A stretch of 64,000 nt of DNA. Origin: Promethearchaeia archaeon. GTDB taxonomy: Archaea; Asgardarchaeota; Lokiarchaeia; Sigyniarchaeales; SOKP01. Shown piece by piece: positions 19,128 to 29,668 of this stretch (the stretch's first letter is position 1; each line of letters begins with the position of its first letter). The notes beneath the pieces were generated by a model, which saw nothing but the letters and a program-made list of their open reading frames with translations, ran no database searches and was not told the DNA's origin. The translations under genes and the position numbers were made by a program. The stretch covers positions 32,001 through 96,000 of the forward strand of contig JAHQWL010000055.1 in assembly GCA_029856155.1 (NCBI GenBank), read 5' to 3'.

Positions 19128-20810
19128 ATGAGTTCTAACAGTAAATTCGTATTTGTGACGGGAGGTGTCATGAGTGGAATTGGTAAAGGCGTTGCAACAG
19201 CAAGTATTGGTAAAGTACTTCAGTTCCGTGGCTTTAAAGTGTCAGTCGTCAAAATTGATCCATATTTAAATGTTGATCCTGGAACTTTAAATCCTGTTGA
19301 GCATGGTGAGTGTTTTATTACTGAAGATGTTTGGGATTTTAGACCGGTGCATGGATCTGATGAAAGATCGTATAGGATTTCTGAAATTGATCAAGATTTT
19401 GGAACTTATTCGAGAATATTAGGAATTGAGATGCACCCATCACATAATATAACATCCGGTCAAATATATCTTTCTACCATCCTTAGCGAAAGAAAAGGGA
19501 AATTCTTAGGGAAAACTGTTCAGATAATCCCCCATGTGACAAATATAATTAAAGAAAGATTAATGGAAATTGCAGAAAAAGAAGATTTAGATGTTCTATT
19601 AATTGAGTGTGGAGGGACAGTAGGAGATTTGGAGTCAAGCATATTTTTAGAAGCATTTCGACAATTAAAATTAGAGAATCCTAAACGTACTGCATTTGTT
19701 CATGTAACGCTTATCCCTTATTCTAAAGCAGTGGGACAACAAAAATCTAAACCCACTCAACATTCTGTTAAAATGCTTCAAAGTTTAGGATTACAACCAG
19801 ATATAATTATTGGGAGAAGTGAAAAACCTTTAGATAAAGACATTAAGAGAAAAATATCATTGTTCTCTAATGTACCAGAAAACGCTGTAATTTCAAATCC
19901 TGATTTAGAAATTGTGTATGAATTGCCTTTATTATTCGAGGAACAGGGATTAGGAGATCTGATTTGCGAACTCATAGATTTGAAAGCTAAATTAGTAGTT
20001 TATAGTGAAGTGAGTAATTACTCTGAGTGGGTGAAAATGGTTGAATTATTCAAAAAAGCTAAAAAGACAGTGAAGATTGCTATGCCTGGCAAATATTTTA
20101 ACATTTCAGATTCATACATATCTATTAATGTGGCTTTAGAAGACGCTGCTGCTCATTTAGGATATAAGACAGAACTTAAAATGATTAACATTGAAGAAAA
20201 CACAGATTTTAGTGATCAATTGATAGATTGTGATGGAATTTTGCTTACACCCGGATTTGGTGAAAGAGCAGTAGAGGGAATGATAAAATCAGCAGAATAT
20301 GCTATGGAAAATAAAGTACCATTTCTAGGGATTTGCTTTGGAGCTCAATTATTTTTTGTAGCCTTTTGTAGAAAGTTTCTCGGTTTAAAAAATGCTAATT
20401 CAACTGAAATTGCTCCCAATACACCATATCCAGTCGTAGATATTTTAGAAACTCAGAAAGAAGTCACTGAAAAAGGTGGTACAATGAGGTTAGGTGCTCA
20501 AAAAATAATAGTTGAAAAGAACACTCGGCTTTATGAAGCATATAAACAAAAAGAAATATATGAACGATATCGACACAGATTTCACATTCAAGAAAGATTT
20601 ATAACAACTGAAGCAAAAGAAAAAGGTTTGCGAGTATCTAGCCGAGATGAAACAGGAACTATTATTAATAGTATAGAATTAGATAGAAAAGATCATTGGA
20701 TGGTTGGTACACAATTTCACCCTGAATTTAAATCTAGACCGTATAATCCTTCTCCATTATATTTAGATTTTATTAAAGAATGCGTTAAAAATAAAGGGTC
20801 CAAAGGATAA
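19128..20810 (+). CDS. pyrG: CTP synthase
   Basis: VTGGVMSGIGKG, KIDPYLNVDPGT, TVQIIPH, ECGGTVGD, KSKPTQHSV, GICFG, RHR, QFHPE. Confidence 0.97.
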   Translation: MSSNSKFVFVTGGVMSGIGKGVATASIGKVLQFRGFKVSVVKIDPYLNVDPGTLNPVEHGECFITEDVWDFRPVHGSDERSYRISEIDQDFGTYSRILGIEMHPSHNITSGQIYLSTILSERKGKFLGKTVQIIPHVTNIIKERLMEIAEKEDLDVLLIECGGTVGDLESSIFLEAFRQLKLENPKRTAFVHVTLIPYSKAVGQQKSKPTQHSVKMLQSLGLQPDIIIGRSEKPLDKDIKRKISLFSNVPENAVISNPDLEIVYELPLLFEEQGLGDLICELIDLKAKLVVYSEVSNYSEWVKMVELFKKAKKTVKIAMPGKYFNISDSYISINVALEDAAAHLGYKTELKMINIEENTDFSDQLIDCDGILLTPGFGERAVEGMIKSAEYAMENKVPFLGICFGAQLFFVAFCRKFLGLKNANSTEIAPNTPYPVVDILETQKEVTEKGGTMRLGAQKIIVEKNTRLYEAYKQKEIYERYRHRFHIQERFITTEAKEKGLRVSSRDETGTIINSIELDRKDHWMVGTQFHPEFKSRPYNPSPLYLDFIKECVKNKGSKG

Positions 20811-20839
20811 TTACATTGGCTCCCAACTTTTTATATATT

Positions 20840-21496
20840 CTAATCTTTTCCTATGGGACAACATTCGATACAGATATTACACCATAACACTGTATTATCT
20901 GATAGTTTCTTCAAATTTGCTAGACAATATGCTAAACAAACATCCTTATTATATTTCCCTTCTGAAAAAGCATTAGCAGGGCAAGCTTCAACACAAATGT
21001 CACAATCAATGCAATAATTGCTTTCATAAATTGGATTCCCTTTTAATAACGGTGCATCGGTTGCTAAAGCCCTTAATCTCACTTGTGAACCATATTTTGC
21101 TGTTATTAGCAAATTATTTTTTCCAATTGGACCTATACCTGCTAATGCTGCTGCTTCCTTTAGAAAAAGACCAGGTTTATATGGAATAATTTTTGATTTA
21201 AAACCATTTTTTGCTAAAAAGTTTTTAATTTTATGACATTGATTAACGAGGATCGAATCAGCATAGTGATAATTCACATTTTTATTCTCATCTTTACTCC
21301 ATGCATCGAGAAGTAAATCGTATAAATGAAGTCCAATAATTACAACTGATTTCGTTTTTTCTAAAAATGAAGAAGGTCTATTATCTAACTGATATTTATC
21401 AAAGAATTCTGGATTTGCAAAACCCACTAAATCAATACCAATATTATCACAATAATTTATTAACTCTATTGTAAGATTTTCATTTTTAATCAACAT
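20840..21496 (-). CDS. QueG / reductive-dehalogenase-like cobalamin-2x[4Fe-4S] protein
   Basis: AAALAGIGPIGKNNLLIT..YGSQVRL...TDAPL, CIDCDICVEACP, CNICIECCP. Confidence 0.8.
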   Translation of the reverse strand: MLIKNENLTIELINYCDNIGIDLVGFANPEFFDKYQLDNRPSSFLEKTKSVVIIGLHLYDLLLDAWSKDENKNVNYHYADSILVNQCHKIKNFLAKNGFKSKIIPYKPGLFLKEAAALAGIGPIGKNNLLITAKYGSQVRLRALATDAPLLKGNPIYESNYCIDCDICVEACPANAFSEGKYNKDVCLAYCLANLKKLSDNTVLWCNICIECCPIGKD

Positions 21497-21587
21497 TTAT
21501 TCAACTCTAATAATGAATTCAGATATTAAATTTAATATTTCAAATCCTTTTTGATTAAGTAAAGATAAAAGATAGAACTAGAATAAT

Positions 21588-23237
21588 TTATTTTATTCCA
21601 AGTCTCTTTTTTTCTTGTGCAATTAATTCCCTGCGTAATATTTTACCTGAACCCGATTTTGGAATGTCATCAACAAATTCAACCTCACGGATCTTCTTAT
21701 AAGCAGATATCCTTTCAGTAATCCAATCCATAATTTCTTGCTCTGTCACCTTTCCTTTAGACTCTGGTTTTAAAATGATAAATGCTTTTGGGATTTGACC
21801 AACATCTAGTTCTGTAGATGGCTTACCAATAACAGCAGCATCAAATACATGTGGATTCTTAAAAATTAAGTCTTCAAGTTCAGCCGGTGCGATGCTCCAA
21901 CCTTTATATTTTATCATTTCTTTGATGCGGTCGAGAAGATGCTCATACTCTTCATCGTCTATATAGGCCATGTCACCAGTTCTAAGCCATTTTTCTCCTG
22001 TTTTGGGATCAATCCAAAATGCTTCCTCAGTAGCTTCGCGTCTTTTCCAATAACCTTTCATAACCTGAGGTCCCTTAATAACCAATTCACCAGTTTGACC
22101 ACGTTCAGGTAACTCTTTACCTGTCTCTAAATCAATTATTTTATGAAATGTATCTGAAAGTAGAGTGCCTTGAGATTCCATTTTACGGCGATACATTGGA
22201 TTTACAGCTACAACCGGAGAAGCTTCAGTTAAACCCCAACCGTGTTGGATAGTTGCTTCTTTAGCATTGCATTTCTCCTTTGCGAGTTTATCAAATCTTT
22301 CAAGAAGTTCAAGAGGGATTGGTGCGGCCCCATTATTAAAGATTTTTAAATTTGCCCAATCGTATCCTTTTATATTAGGGTCTTCGAGATGTCTAACTAC
22401 ATCAAGAAATATTGGGGGTACGCAAAGACTATATGAAACTTGATATTTTTCAATAAGTTCGCAGAATTCTTTTACTTTAAATCGAGGGGTCACCACCTGT
22501 GCGGCACCTAACAATATTGCTTGATTCATTCCCACATTTAAACCATAAATGTGGTAAAGAGGGAGTACAATAATAGCAATGTCCAGTTCACTTAACTCAA
22601 AAGTTTGAGATACTTGAATTATATTTGATACAAGATTATAATGGGTGAGCATGGTTCCTTTTGGCAACCCTGTTGTTCCACTCGTATATACTAATGTTGC
22701 AAGATCATTTTTTACGTTGAATTCGCATTCTGGGGGATCTGGTTTTGTTTTTGCCATTATATCTGACCATCCAATAGTTCCATTTGGTATGTCTGGTTTT
22801 TCTTCTGATTCTATGACTATAATGTTTTTAAGATTTGTTCTATCTTTAACTACTGCTACATATGGATATTCAGATTGGGAAACAATGATATTCTCAGCTT
22901 CAGAGTCATTTAGTTCATATTCTACCTCCGTTTCTTTAAATTGTGGATTCATAGGGACTAAAATAGCTCCTGCTTTTTCTAATCCATAAAAAGAAATTTC
23001 CCATTGGATTGAATTTGGACCATATAAAGCCACTCTATCTCCCTTTTTTACTCCTAAATTTTTCATTACTGTAGCAAATATATCAACTTGTTCTTGAAAG
23101 TGTTTGAAGGTAATTTTCTTAGGGTATAGGAAGGCAGGTCTATCTGGAAATCTTTTGGCTGTGTCTTCTAAAACTTTATGAATAGGAATTTCAGGATAAT
23201 AAAGATGGCCTCTTTTGAATTTAACCACTATTTTCAC
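21588..23237 (-). CDS. Long-chain fatty-acid-CoA ligase (AMP-forming)
   Basis: YTSGTTGLPKG, GWGLTE, RTGD, DRIKEMIK, PKSGSGKILRR. Confidence 0.92.
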   Translation of the reverse strand: MKIVVKFKRGHLYYPEIPIHKVLEDTAKRFPDRPAFLYPKKITFKHFQEQVDIFATVMKNLGVKKGDRVALYGPNSIQWEISFYGLEKAGAILVPMNPQFKETEVEYELNDSEAENIIVSQSEYPYVAVVKDRTNLKNIIVIESEEKPDIPNGTIGWSDIMAKTKPDPPECEFNVKNDLATLVYTSGTTGLPKGTMLTHYNLVSNIIQVSQTFELSELDIAIIVLPLYHIYGLNVGMNQAILLGAAQVVTPRFKVKEFCELIEKYQVSYSLCVPPIFLDVVRHLEDPNIKGYDWANLKIFNNGAAPIPLELLERFDKLAKEKCNAKEATIQHGWGLTEASPVVAVNPMYRRKMESQGTLLSDTFHKIIDLETGKELPERGQTGELVIKGPQVMKGYWKRREATEEAFWIDPKTGEKWLRTGDMAYIDDEEYEHLLDRIKEMIKYKGWSIAPAELEDLIFKNPHVFDAAVIGKPSTELDVGQIPKAFIILKPESKGKVTEQEIMDWITERISAYKKIREVEFVDDIPKSGSGKILRRELIAQEKKRLGIK

Positions 23238-23401
23238 TTATTTAAATATTTTTTTAATAATTATATATAGTCTTCATTCAAATTTTAAATATATTAAGAT
23301 GAAATTTCATTATATATAGTAGTTTCTCAACAAGCAAAAATTTTTATGATATTATTCAAGCAAATTTAGATGATCAGAAAAAAAATCACTATTTATTATC
23401 T

Positions 23402-26254
23402 TCATAATTTATTTGTTTTTGAGATTTCTAACATAGATTTTATATGATTCATAAAATTTTCATTTGAACAGAGAGATAATAGCTCTTTTTTTACAATTTC
23501 CGCAGCATCATTCCTTTCTCTAAAATCAAAAGGAGAAATAATTCCAGAAGAACTTTTCTTTTTTAAACCCTCTATAATTTTATCTATTTCTATAGAAAAC
23601 TGATCTAAATTATCTAAGCTTTCAGATAACGCAGCGGGAAGATTTGAATGGACTTTTTTTAACGAATTAGAAAATTTGAGTACTTTTTGAGAGAAATTTA
23701 GCCTTTCCTTTAATATTTCACTAACCTTTTCTGACTCGTTAAGGAGTTTGAACATGATTTCATAAAATTTAAGTTCATTCTTATCTCTATTGAGAAATTT
23801 GGTTAAATTTCTAATCTTTTCAGTTGTATCGAATTCTTCCAACTGTTCATATTCGCTTATTTTAGTTTCAGACTCCTTTATTTCCAAATTGAGGAGATCA
23901 AGCTTTTGATTACTCAAATATGTATCTAATTTCATTATTTTTTTTTGATATTCTTGTTCATCAAGTATAATTCGAGTTGTATCAAGGAATCCTGGTAAAC
24001 AGTCATAAATATATTTTAATATTGAGATGTAGATTGAATGCTCTGTATTAGCAATTGGTCTTGTATAGAACTCTATAGCGTCTATATTATCGCTTAGATC
24101 CACTAAAGATTTGAAAACTTTTCTTAATTCCAACATATTTCTTTGAGCATCTAATGCTATAGAATACATCTCTTCAAAATATTTTTTATAGAACCTTCTT
24201 GCCAATTCAAGTTCATTTAAAAAATCATTAACAAGTGGTATTAGCTCTCCTGAAGAGCTTGGTTTTTTATATTCTTCACCAATGTCTTTTAACCGATCCT
24301 CTTCTCTCACTGTTATCATTTTGACTATAAATTCTGGAAAATCTTTTGTAACAATATCATAAGTCTTAATGAAATACCTTTTTTTGCTTAAGATTGGGAT
24401 AATTGTATTTATTGTCATAGTTCTCTTTTGAATAGCTTTTAAATCTTCTTCTAGTATTCTGTTGATATTCTCATCTATTTTCTTTTTATTTTCCAGATTT
24501 GAAATTTTTCTATCTTTTAATAGTTGATTAAGCCGAATTCCTCGTATCTGTGCATTTCGACCTCCAAAAATCTCTACAAAAATTCCTCCAAGAATTCTAA
24601 TCGCTAAAGCTCCTGCTAATACTTTATCTTTCTCCTCATCGACTAAAATCTGATTTGTTTGCATATTCATTAATCTGAACATGAATGATTTCTCTTTTTC
24701 TCTTGGTATCTCATGAATTTTTGTTCTGTATTTCTCAATAATTTGAACTTCTGGTAATTTTTTTTCCCATAATAATTCTAAGATTCGATCTCCTTCAACT
24801 TTTGGAAGAATGTCTAAATAACGAGGGATAATCTCAATTAAAGCTTTTGCCCAATTTGAATGTTCAATTGCTAATGGAATTTCCTCGTGATAATCAGCTA
24901 ATAAGTCATGAATTAATCCTCCTTGCTCTAAAACTTTTGGCCCACTATATCTCCCTAGTGTATGCACAAGAATCTCATCAAAAGTAGGTTCTGATGAAAA
25001 AGGCATACGAACTTCCATTTTTTTTATAAATTCTTGATATAAATCAAATAATCCACGTACTTTATGATTTGATCTATTAATAATGAATTGATTAACTTCT
25101 GCCTTATTCAAATCTCCAATTTCTACTAAAGATCTTGCAAACATGATTGCTCCATTAAATATTAATTCTACTTTTTCAGGTTCGTGATATGACGCGGTTT
25201 CTGAATATTTAAACAAATATTTTGCAAGATCCGACCCTAGATATTCTCTATGTTGCTCAGGAATTTGATCAATTGCACCTAACAACTCTTCCATAAGCAT
25301 TTGAATCATATCTTGTCCAAGAATTCGCGAATATTTTTTTTCTGATCTTTTTAAAAAAGCTTCGACATCTGTAAACTGAACACGCTCTTCTTTCTCTCCA
25401 AATAAATGAGATAATATATCTTCAAGTTTATTGCTATTGTTTAATAAATTGCCTTTTTTAGCTTCTTCTAAAAATGCATCGAATAAATCCATTAAAGAAT
25501 GTAGCTTATTATTACTTCTTATTCTTATTTCTTGATTAATTTGATCCCATGTTTTTCCATCTAAATCTTTTATTGACTCAGAAAATAATAAAGTATGAGC
25601 TAATATATTGTCTAATGTTTCTGTAGAATATCTATTGACATTTTGAGATAATTTGAATAAATATTTTGAAATTTCAGAACTCATTTGATCTCGATGTAAT
25701 TCCTCAATTTGTTCGAATGATTTCATGAGTCTTTCTGTATAGGATTGGAATTTATCTTTTCCCATTTTTCTATAAAAACTCTTCTCAGCACGTTTAATAA
25801 ATAGTTCAACATCATTCATTTGAGAGAATTCTTCCTTTCCACCAACTAAATATGTCAATAAATCTTCAAATCTTTCGAGATTTTCTAAAACTTCACCTTT
25901 TTTCGCTTTCTCAATAAATGCATTTAATAAATCAGAAAGATTTCTCATTTCATTATTACTTCTATTAATTAACATCTGATTTACCTGATTCCTATCTCGA
26001 TTTACTAGATCTTTTAGAGATTCTGCAAATATGAGAAAAGACTTCAAAACAGCCTCAGTAATCGCAAGAGAGACATCTTCAATCTCCTGTGAATAATTGA
26101 AAAGAGATTTTGGTATTTCAGAGCCGATAACGCTTCTAAATTTAGCTGGAATTTCATTAGTAGCTTTCTTTATACTATTTAAAATGGTTAATGCCTTATT
26201 TTCACCTAATTTACTCTTAAAAGAACGTTCAGCCCTTTTTAAAAAGACTTCCAT
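23402..26254 (-). CDS. Hypothetical 950-aa helical protein with three tandem 148-aa repeats and a helical/coiled-coil C-terminus
   Basis: Long ORF; gapless self-alignment of aa 1-148, 149-296 and 297-~438. Confidence 0.85.
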   Translation of the reverse strand: MEVFLKRAERSFKSKLGENKALTILNSIKKATNEIPAKFRSVIGSEIPKSLFNYSQEIEDVSLAITEAVLKSFLIFAESLKDLVNRDRNQVNQMLINRSNNEMRNLSDLLNAFIEKAKKGEVLENLERFEDLLTYLVGGKEEFSQMNDVELFIKRAEKSFYRKMGKDKFQSYTERLMKSFEQIEELHRDQMSSEISKYLFKLSQNVNRYSTETLDNILAHTLLFSESIKDLDGKTWDQINQEIRIRSNNKLHSLMDLFDAFLEEAKKGNLLNNSNKLEDILSHLFGEKEERVQFTDVEAFLKRSEKKYSRILGQDMIQMLMEELLGAIDQIPEQHREYLGSDLAKYLFKYSETASYHEPEKVELIFNGAIMFARSLVEIGDLNKAEVNQFIINRSNHKVRGLFDLYQEFIKKMEVRMPFSSEPTFDEILVHTLGRYSGPKVLEQGGLIHDLLADYHEEIPLAIEHSNWAKALIEIIPRYLDILPKVEGDRILELLWEKKLPEVQIIEKYRTKIHEIPREKEKSFMFRLMNMQTNQILVDEEKDKVLAGALAIRILGGIFVEIFGGRNAQIRGIRLNQLLKDRKISNLENKKKIDENINRILEEDLKAIQKRTMTINTIIPILSKKRYFIKTYDIVTKDFPEFIVKMITVREEDRLKDIGEEYKKPSSSGELIPLVNDFLNELELARRFYKKYFEEMYSIALDAQRNMLELRKVFKSLVDLSDNIDAIEFYTRPIANTEHSIYISILKYIYDCLPGFLDTTRIILDEQEYQKKIMKLDTYLSNQKLDLLNLEIKESETKISEYEQLEEFDTTEKIRNLTKFLNRDKNELKFYEIMFKLLNESEKVSEILKERLNFSQKVLKFSNSLKKVHSNLPAALSESLDNLDQFSIEIDKIIEGLKKKSSSGIISPFDFRERNDAAEIVKKELLSLCSNENFMNHIKSMLEISKTNKL

Positions 26255-26561
26255 TATTAAACCACTTTCAGATTACAAAAAATGTTAGAAATATGATATT
26301 CAGTTAAATATAGTTCATTAGTTCAATTAGATAATTAAATAACCTAAATGATCAATTTAAATTTATGTTTAAGGAATAATTGGAATTTAATTTTAAAGCA
26401 TTTAATTTAATATCTTTCATTAACTTCTGCAAGATAGATTATCATTCAAATTCTTTTTATAAATGTTGGAAAAGAATACTTATTAACAACTAGTACAAAT
26501 TAAAATTATTAAATTCAAGAATTTATAATTAAATAAAAAAAAAAAATTACAGGTTTTAAAT

Positions 26562-27698
26562 ATGGCAAATGAAATTGAAGCAGAATATCAGAAAGCTGCT
26601 AATATACTCAACAAAGCAGGGGTGTTTCCTTATCCAATTACCAAAACTACTCTTAACATTTTAAAATTCAATATTAAAGAAGAAAATTTGGATCTTGTAA
26701 TGGCATTTAAGAAGGATATCTCACAAACGATGGAGCAATTGAAAGAAAGCAGTGGATTATCTGAAGAAGAAATTTTAAAAAAAGTTGACGCTCTTGCGAA
26801 GAGGGGGGTCCTTTTCAATCAACCAAATAGCCAAGGAATTATGGTTTATCGGTTACTCCCAATTGCTAGACAATTGGAATATAACTTCATGAAAAAACTT
26901 GATAAAACAGGAGAAAATGATCAGCTTGCAAAATTATTTCATGAATTTAATGAAGAAATAAAAGATCTTTTTTATTCAAATCAAGAGAGATTTGAATCAA
27001 CATTAAAAAATTTACCACCTATCGATAGAACTGTTCCAATTTTGGAGAACCAAGAGACGGGTGAAGGAATTAATATCATTGTAAATGAAGAAATAGAAGT
27101 ACCTACAGAAAAAATATTACCGACCCAAAAAATTGAAGAGTTAATTGAAAAATATGACGATATTGCAGTAGGGTATTGTTATTGCAGGCAACATAATGAG
27201 TTTTTAGGTAATCCGTGTAAAAAAATTGAACTTACGCCAACTTGTTTTACTTTAGGCAAGTCTGCTAGGCATACTTCTAATCATGGCTTCTCAACCTTAG
27301 TATCCAAAGAGGAGGCATTAAAAATCTTAAAGAAGTGTGAAGAAGCTGGACTAGTTCATAAAGCATATCATTTACATAGCGATATCTATAAAGATGAAGT
27401 AGCAGTTTGTAACTGTTGTAGCTGTTGTTGTTTAACTGCAAGGGAGTCCTTGATTTTTCCTGTAGCTAATGCAACTAATTACCTATCTAGTATAGATCAA
27501 GATCTTTGTATAGGATGTGGTACTTGTGTTGAGAAATGTTATAATAAAGCAATTGAATTAAATGATGATAATAAAGCAGAAAGAATAGAAGAATTATGTG
27601 TTGGTTGTGGTGTATGTGCATATTTCTGCCCAGAAAATGCAATATCTCTAATTGAAGGTCCTAGAACTGTAATACTTTTCCCTCAAAAAAAAAAATAA
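26562..27698 (+). CDS. Fe-S protein with a wHTH-like N-terminus, Cys-rich core and C-terminal 2x[4Fe-4S] domain
   Basis: CYCR, CNCCSCCC, CIGCGTCVEKC, CVGCGVCAYFCP. Confidence 0.8.
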   Translation: MANEIEAEYQKAANILNKAGVFPYPITKTTLNILKFNIKEENLDLVMAFKKDISQTMEQLKESSGLSEEEILKKVDALAKRGVLFNQPNSQGIMVYRLLPIARQLEYNFMKKLDKTGENDQLAKLFHEFNEEIKDLFYSNQERFESTLKNLPPIDRTVPILENQETGEGINIIVNEEIEVPTEKILPTQKIEELIEKYDDIAVGYCYCRQHNEFLGNPCKKIELTPTCFTLGKSARHTSNHGFSTLVSKEEALKILKKCEEAGLVHKAYHLHSDIYKDEVAVCNCCSCCCLTARESLIFPVANATNYLSSIDQDLCIGCGTCVEKCYNKAIELNDDNKAERIEELCVGCGVCAYFCPENAISLIEGPRTVILFPQKKK

Positions 27699-27759
27699 AA
27701 TAATAAAAACTACTTTTTTCTTTTCATTAAAAAATTAATTAAAAACTATCGGTAAAATA

Positions 27760-28599
27760 CTAATCTATTATAGCATAAGCATTTCCAAGAACTATAGCTC
27801 TTTCTGTTCGTACTTGAATTATATAGCCTCCATTATCTTTCCAACCTTCTGTAGTTAAAGTTTCTCCTGGATATACTTCAGAAGTAAATCGTGCTTTGAA
27901 TTCTTTAAATCGTTCCACGTCTCCATTACAAGCACCATAAATTATAGACCGTGTTGCAAAACCATATGTACATAACCCATGAAGAATTGGTCCTTTAAAT
28001 CTTCCGCTTTGACTCGCAAATTCAGGATCTATATGTAGAGGGTTAAAATCACCACTAAGTCTATACAAGGCTGCTTGATTTTCAGAAGTTTTATAACTAA
28101 TGCTAAAATCTGGTTTAATACCTTCGGAAGGATTTAGAGGTTCAGATTTTGGACCGGGATCACCACCAAAACCTCCTGCACCAAGATAGAAAAAAATCCA
28201 ATTTGTATCAAAAACCGTTTCATCCTCTCTCGTGCTTCCCGAAACTTTCATATGAATAACAGCAGCCTTGCCTTTATCAAAAATATTAATGACTTCTCCT
28301 TGACAAACTATTTCTCCTGATGCAGGAAAGGGCTTATAAAGTTTGATTGCTTGCTCACCATGAACAAAATGTGAGAAATTGATATTTCCTAGCTTGTTCA
28401 ACTGAAGACCGCTCTGAGCAACAATACAAGCATAACTAGGGAATACTTTTAACCCACCTTTAACTCCTTCATAAACAAATTGTAACTCATCCGGTTGGGC
28501 ACCAATCCCTATGTTATATAATACCACATCTTTCCAAGTATACTTAAAAGTAACTTCAGGATATTTTTGACCAATAACATCAAGATTTAACCCTGACAA
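27760..28599 (-). CDS. MaoC double-hotdog (R)-specific enoyl-CoA hydratase 2 (MFE-2 hydratase-like)
   Basis: YRLSGDFNPLHIDP, PILHGLCTYG, VHGEQ; TTG start preceded by GGTGA. Confidence 0.9.
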   Translation of the reverse strand: MSGLNLDVIGQKYPEVTFKYTWKDVVLYNIGIGAQPDELQFVYEGVKGGLKVFPSYACIVAQSGLQLNKLGNINFSHFVHGEQAIKLYKPFPASGEIVCQGEVINIFDKGKAAVIHMKVSGSTREDETVFDTNWIFFYLGAGGFGGDPGPKSEPLNPSEGIKPDFSISYKTSENQAALYRLSGDFNPLHIDPEFASQSGRFKGPILHGLCTYGFATRSIIYGACNGDVERFKEFKARFTSEVYPGETLTTEGWKDNGGYIIQVRTERAIVLGNAYAIID

Positions 28600-28690
28600 T
28601 ATTTTATCACCTTCGATTAATTATTTTATCTCCTATTATAATAATTATTTAATGTAAAATAATGTTTGTCTGTAATTTTTATTTGATATT

Positions 28691-29584
28691 TTAAATAAAT
28701 CCACTTCTCTTTAAGCCTTCAACAAGCCACTCCATAGTCTTTTCTAAAACTTCAATATATCCTAACTTGATAATTTTCGACTTAGGTATGAATTTCTCAT
28801 GATACTTGAGAGCTAAGTAATTATATGAAGGATTTTCTTTAAACCACTTAATAATTGAATTTTTTGTAGAAAAATGTAATTTTTCCATACTATTTATTAT
28901 TTGATCGAAATCCTCATCTTTCCATACCCCATAATGGGCTAATGATATTGAATTCAATTCATCTTTCATATTCCTAAGTCTTTGAAACGTCTTTAATAAT
29001 TCTGCTTCATGAAAATCTGGTGGCATGAAAGTTGGTTGGAAGTAATAAATACTAGATTTATCAATAATTGCATCACCAGTAAATATATTCTTATTTTTTT
29101 TGTCAAATAGCGCAATAGAATCCATAGTATGACCGAAAAAGTCAAGTACTTTCAATTCTAAACCATTTAAATCTATAGTTTGATTATCTTTTAAAGGCAC
29201 AACACCTTCTATTGGATCTGTTTTAGCTGCAAATACTTCATTAATATTATTTGGATTTTTTAAATTCTCTATGGCATTTTTCGAGGCTAAAACCTCAATT
29301 TCTACGTCTTTAATTAATTTTCGTAATTCATGGACACCGTCTGTGTGGTCAAAATGAGAATGTGTAAGGAAAATCTTATGTATAGGATAAATATTTAATT
29401 CCTTCAATCTTTCAATAATCTTGGGTATTGTAGTTTTTTCAGAGGCATCGATCATCATTCGAGTACCCTCATTTTCAAGGACATAAATTGAAAGATTTCC
29501 CTTTCCCCCAAATAAATATCCATCAATCAACCACGTATTTTCATTAAACTTTCCTTCTTTATTTATAAAAACCAATATAACCAC
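28691..29584 (-). CDS. Metallo-beta-lactamase-fold hydrolase
   Basis: THSHFDHTDG, GHT, TGD, AHYG. Confidence 0.85.
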   Translation of the reverse strand: MVILVFINKEGKFNENTWLIDGYLFGGKGNLSIYVLENEGTRMMIDASEKTTIPKIIERLKELNIYPIHKIFLTHSHFDHTDGVHELRKLIKDVEIEVLASKNAIENLKNPNNINEVFAAKTDPIEGVVPLKDNQTIDLNGLELKVLDFFGHTMDSIALFDKKNKNIFTGDAIIDKSSIYYFQPTFMPPDFHEAELLKTFQRLRNMKDELNSISLAHYGVWKDEDFDQIINSMEKLHFSTKNSIIKWFKENPSYNYLALKYHEKFIPKSKIIKLGYIEVLEKTMEWLVEGLKRSGFI

Positions 29585-29668
29585 TTTTTATCTGATTTTC
29601 TTTAATTAAGAAAATTAAATTGAGATAAATTTTATTATGAAAAAAAAAAAATAAATTTATTGATGAGT

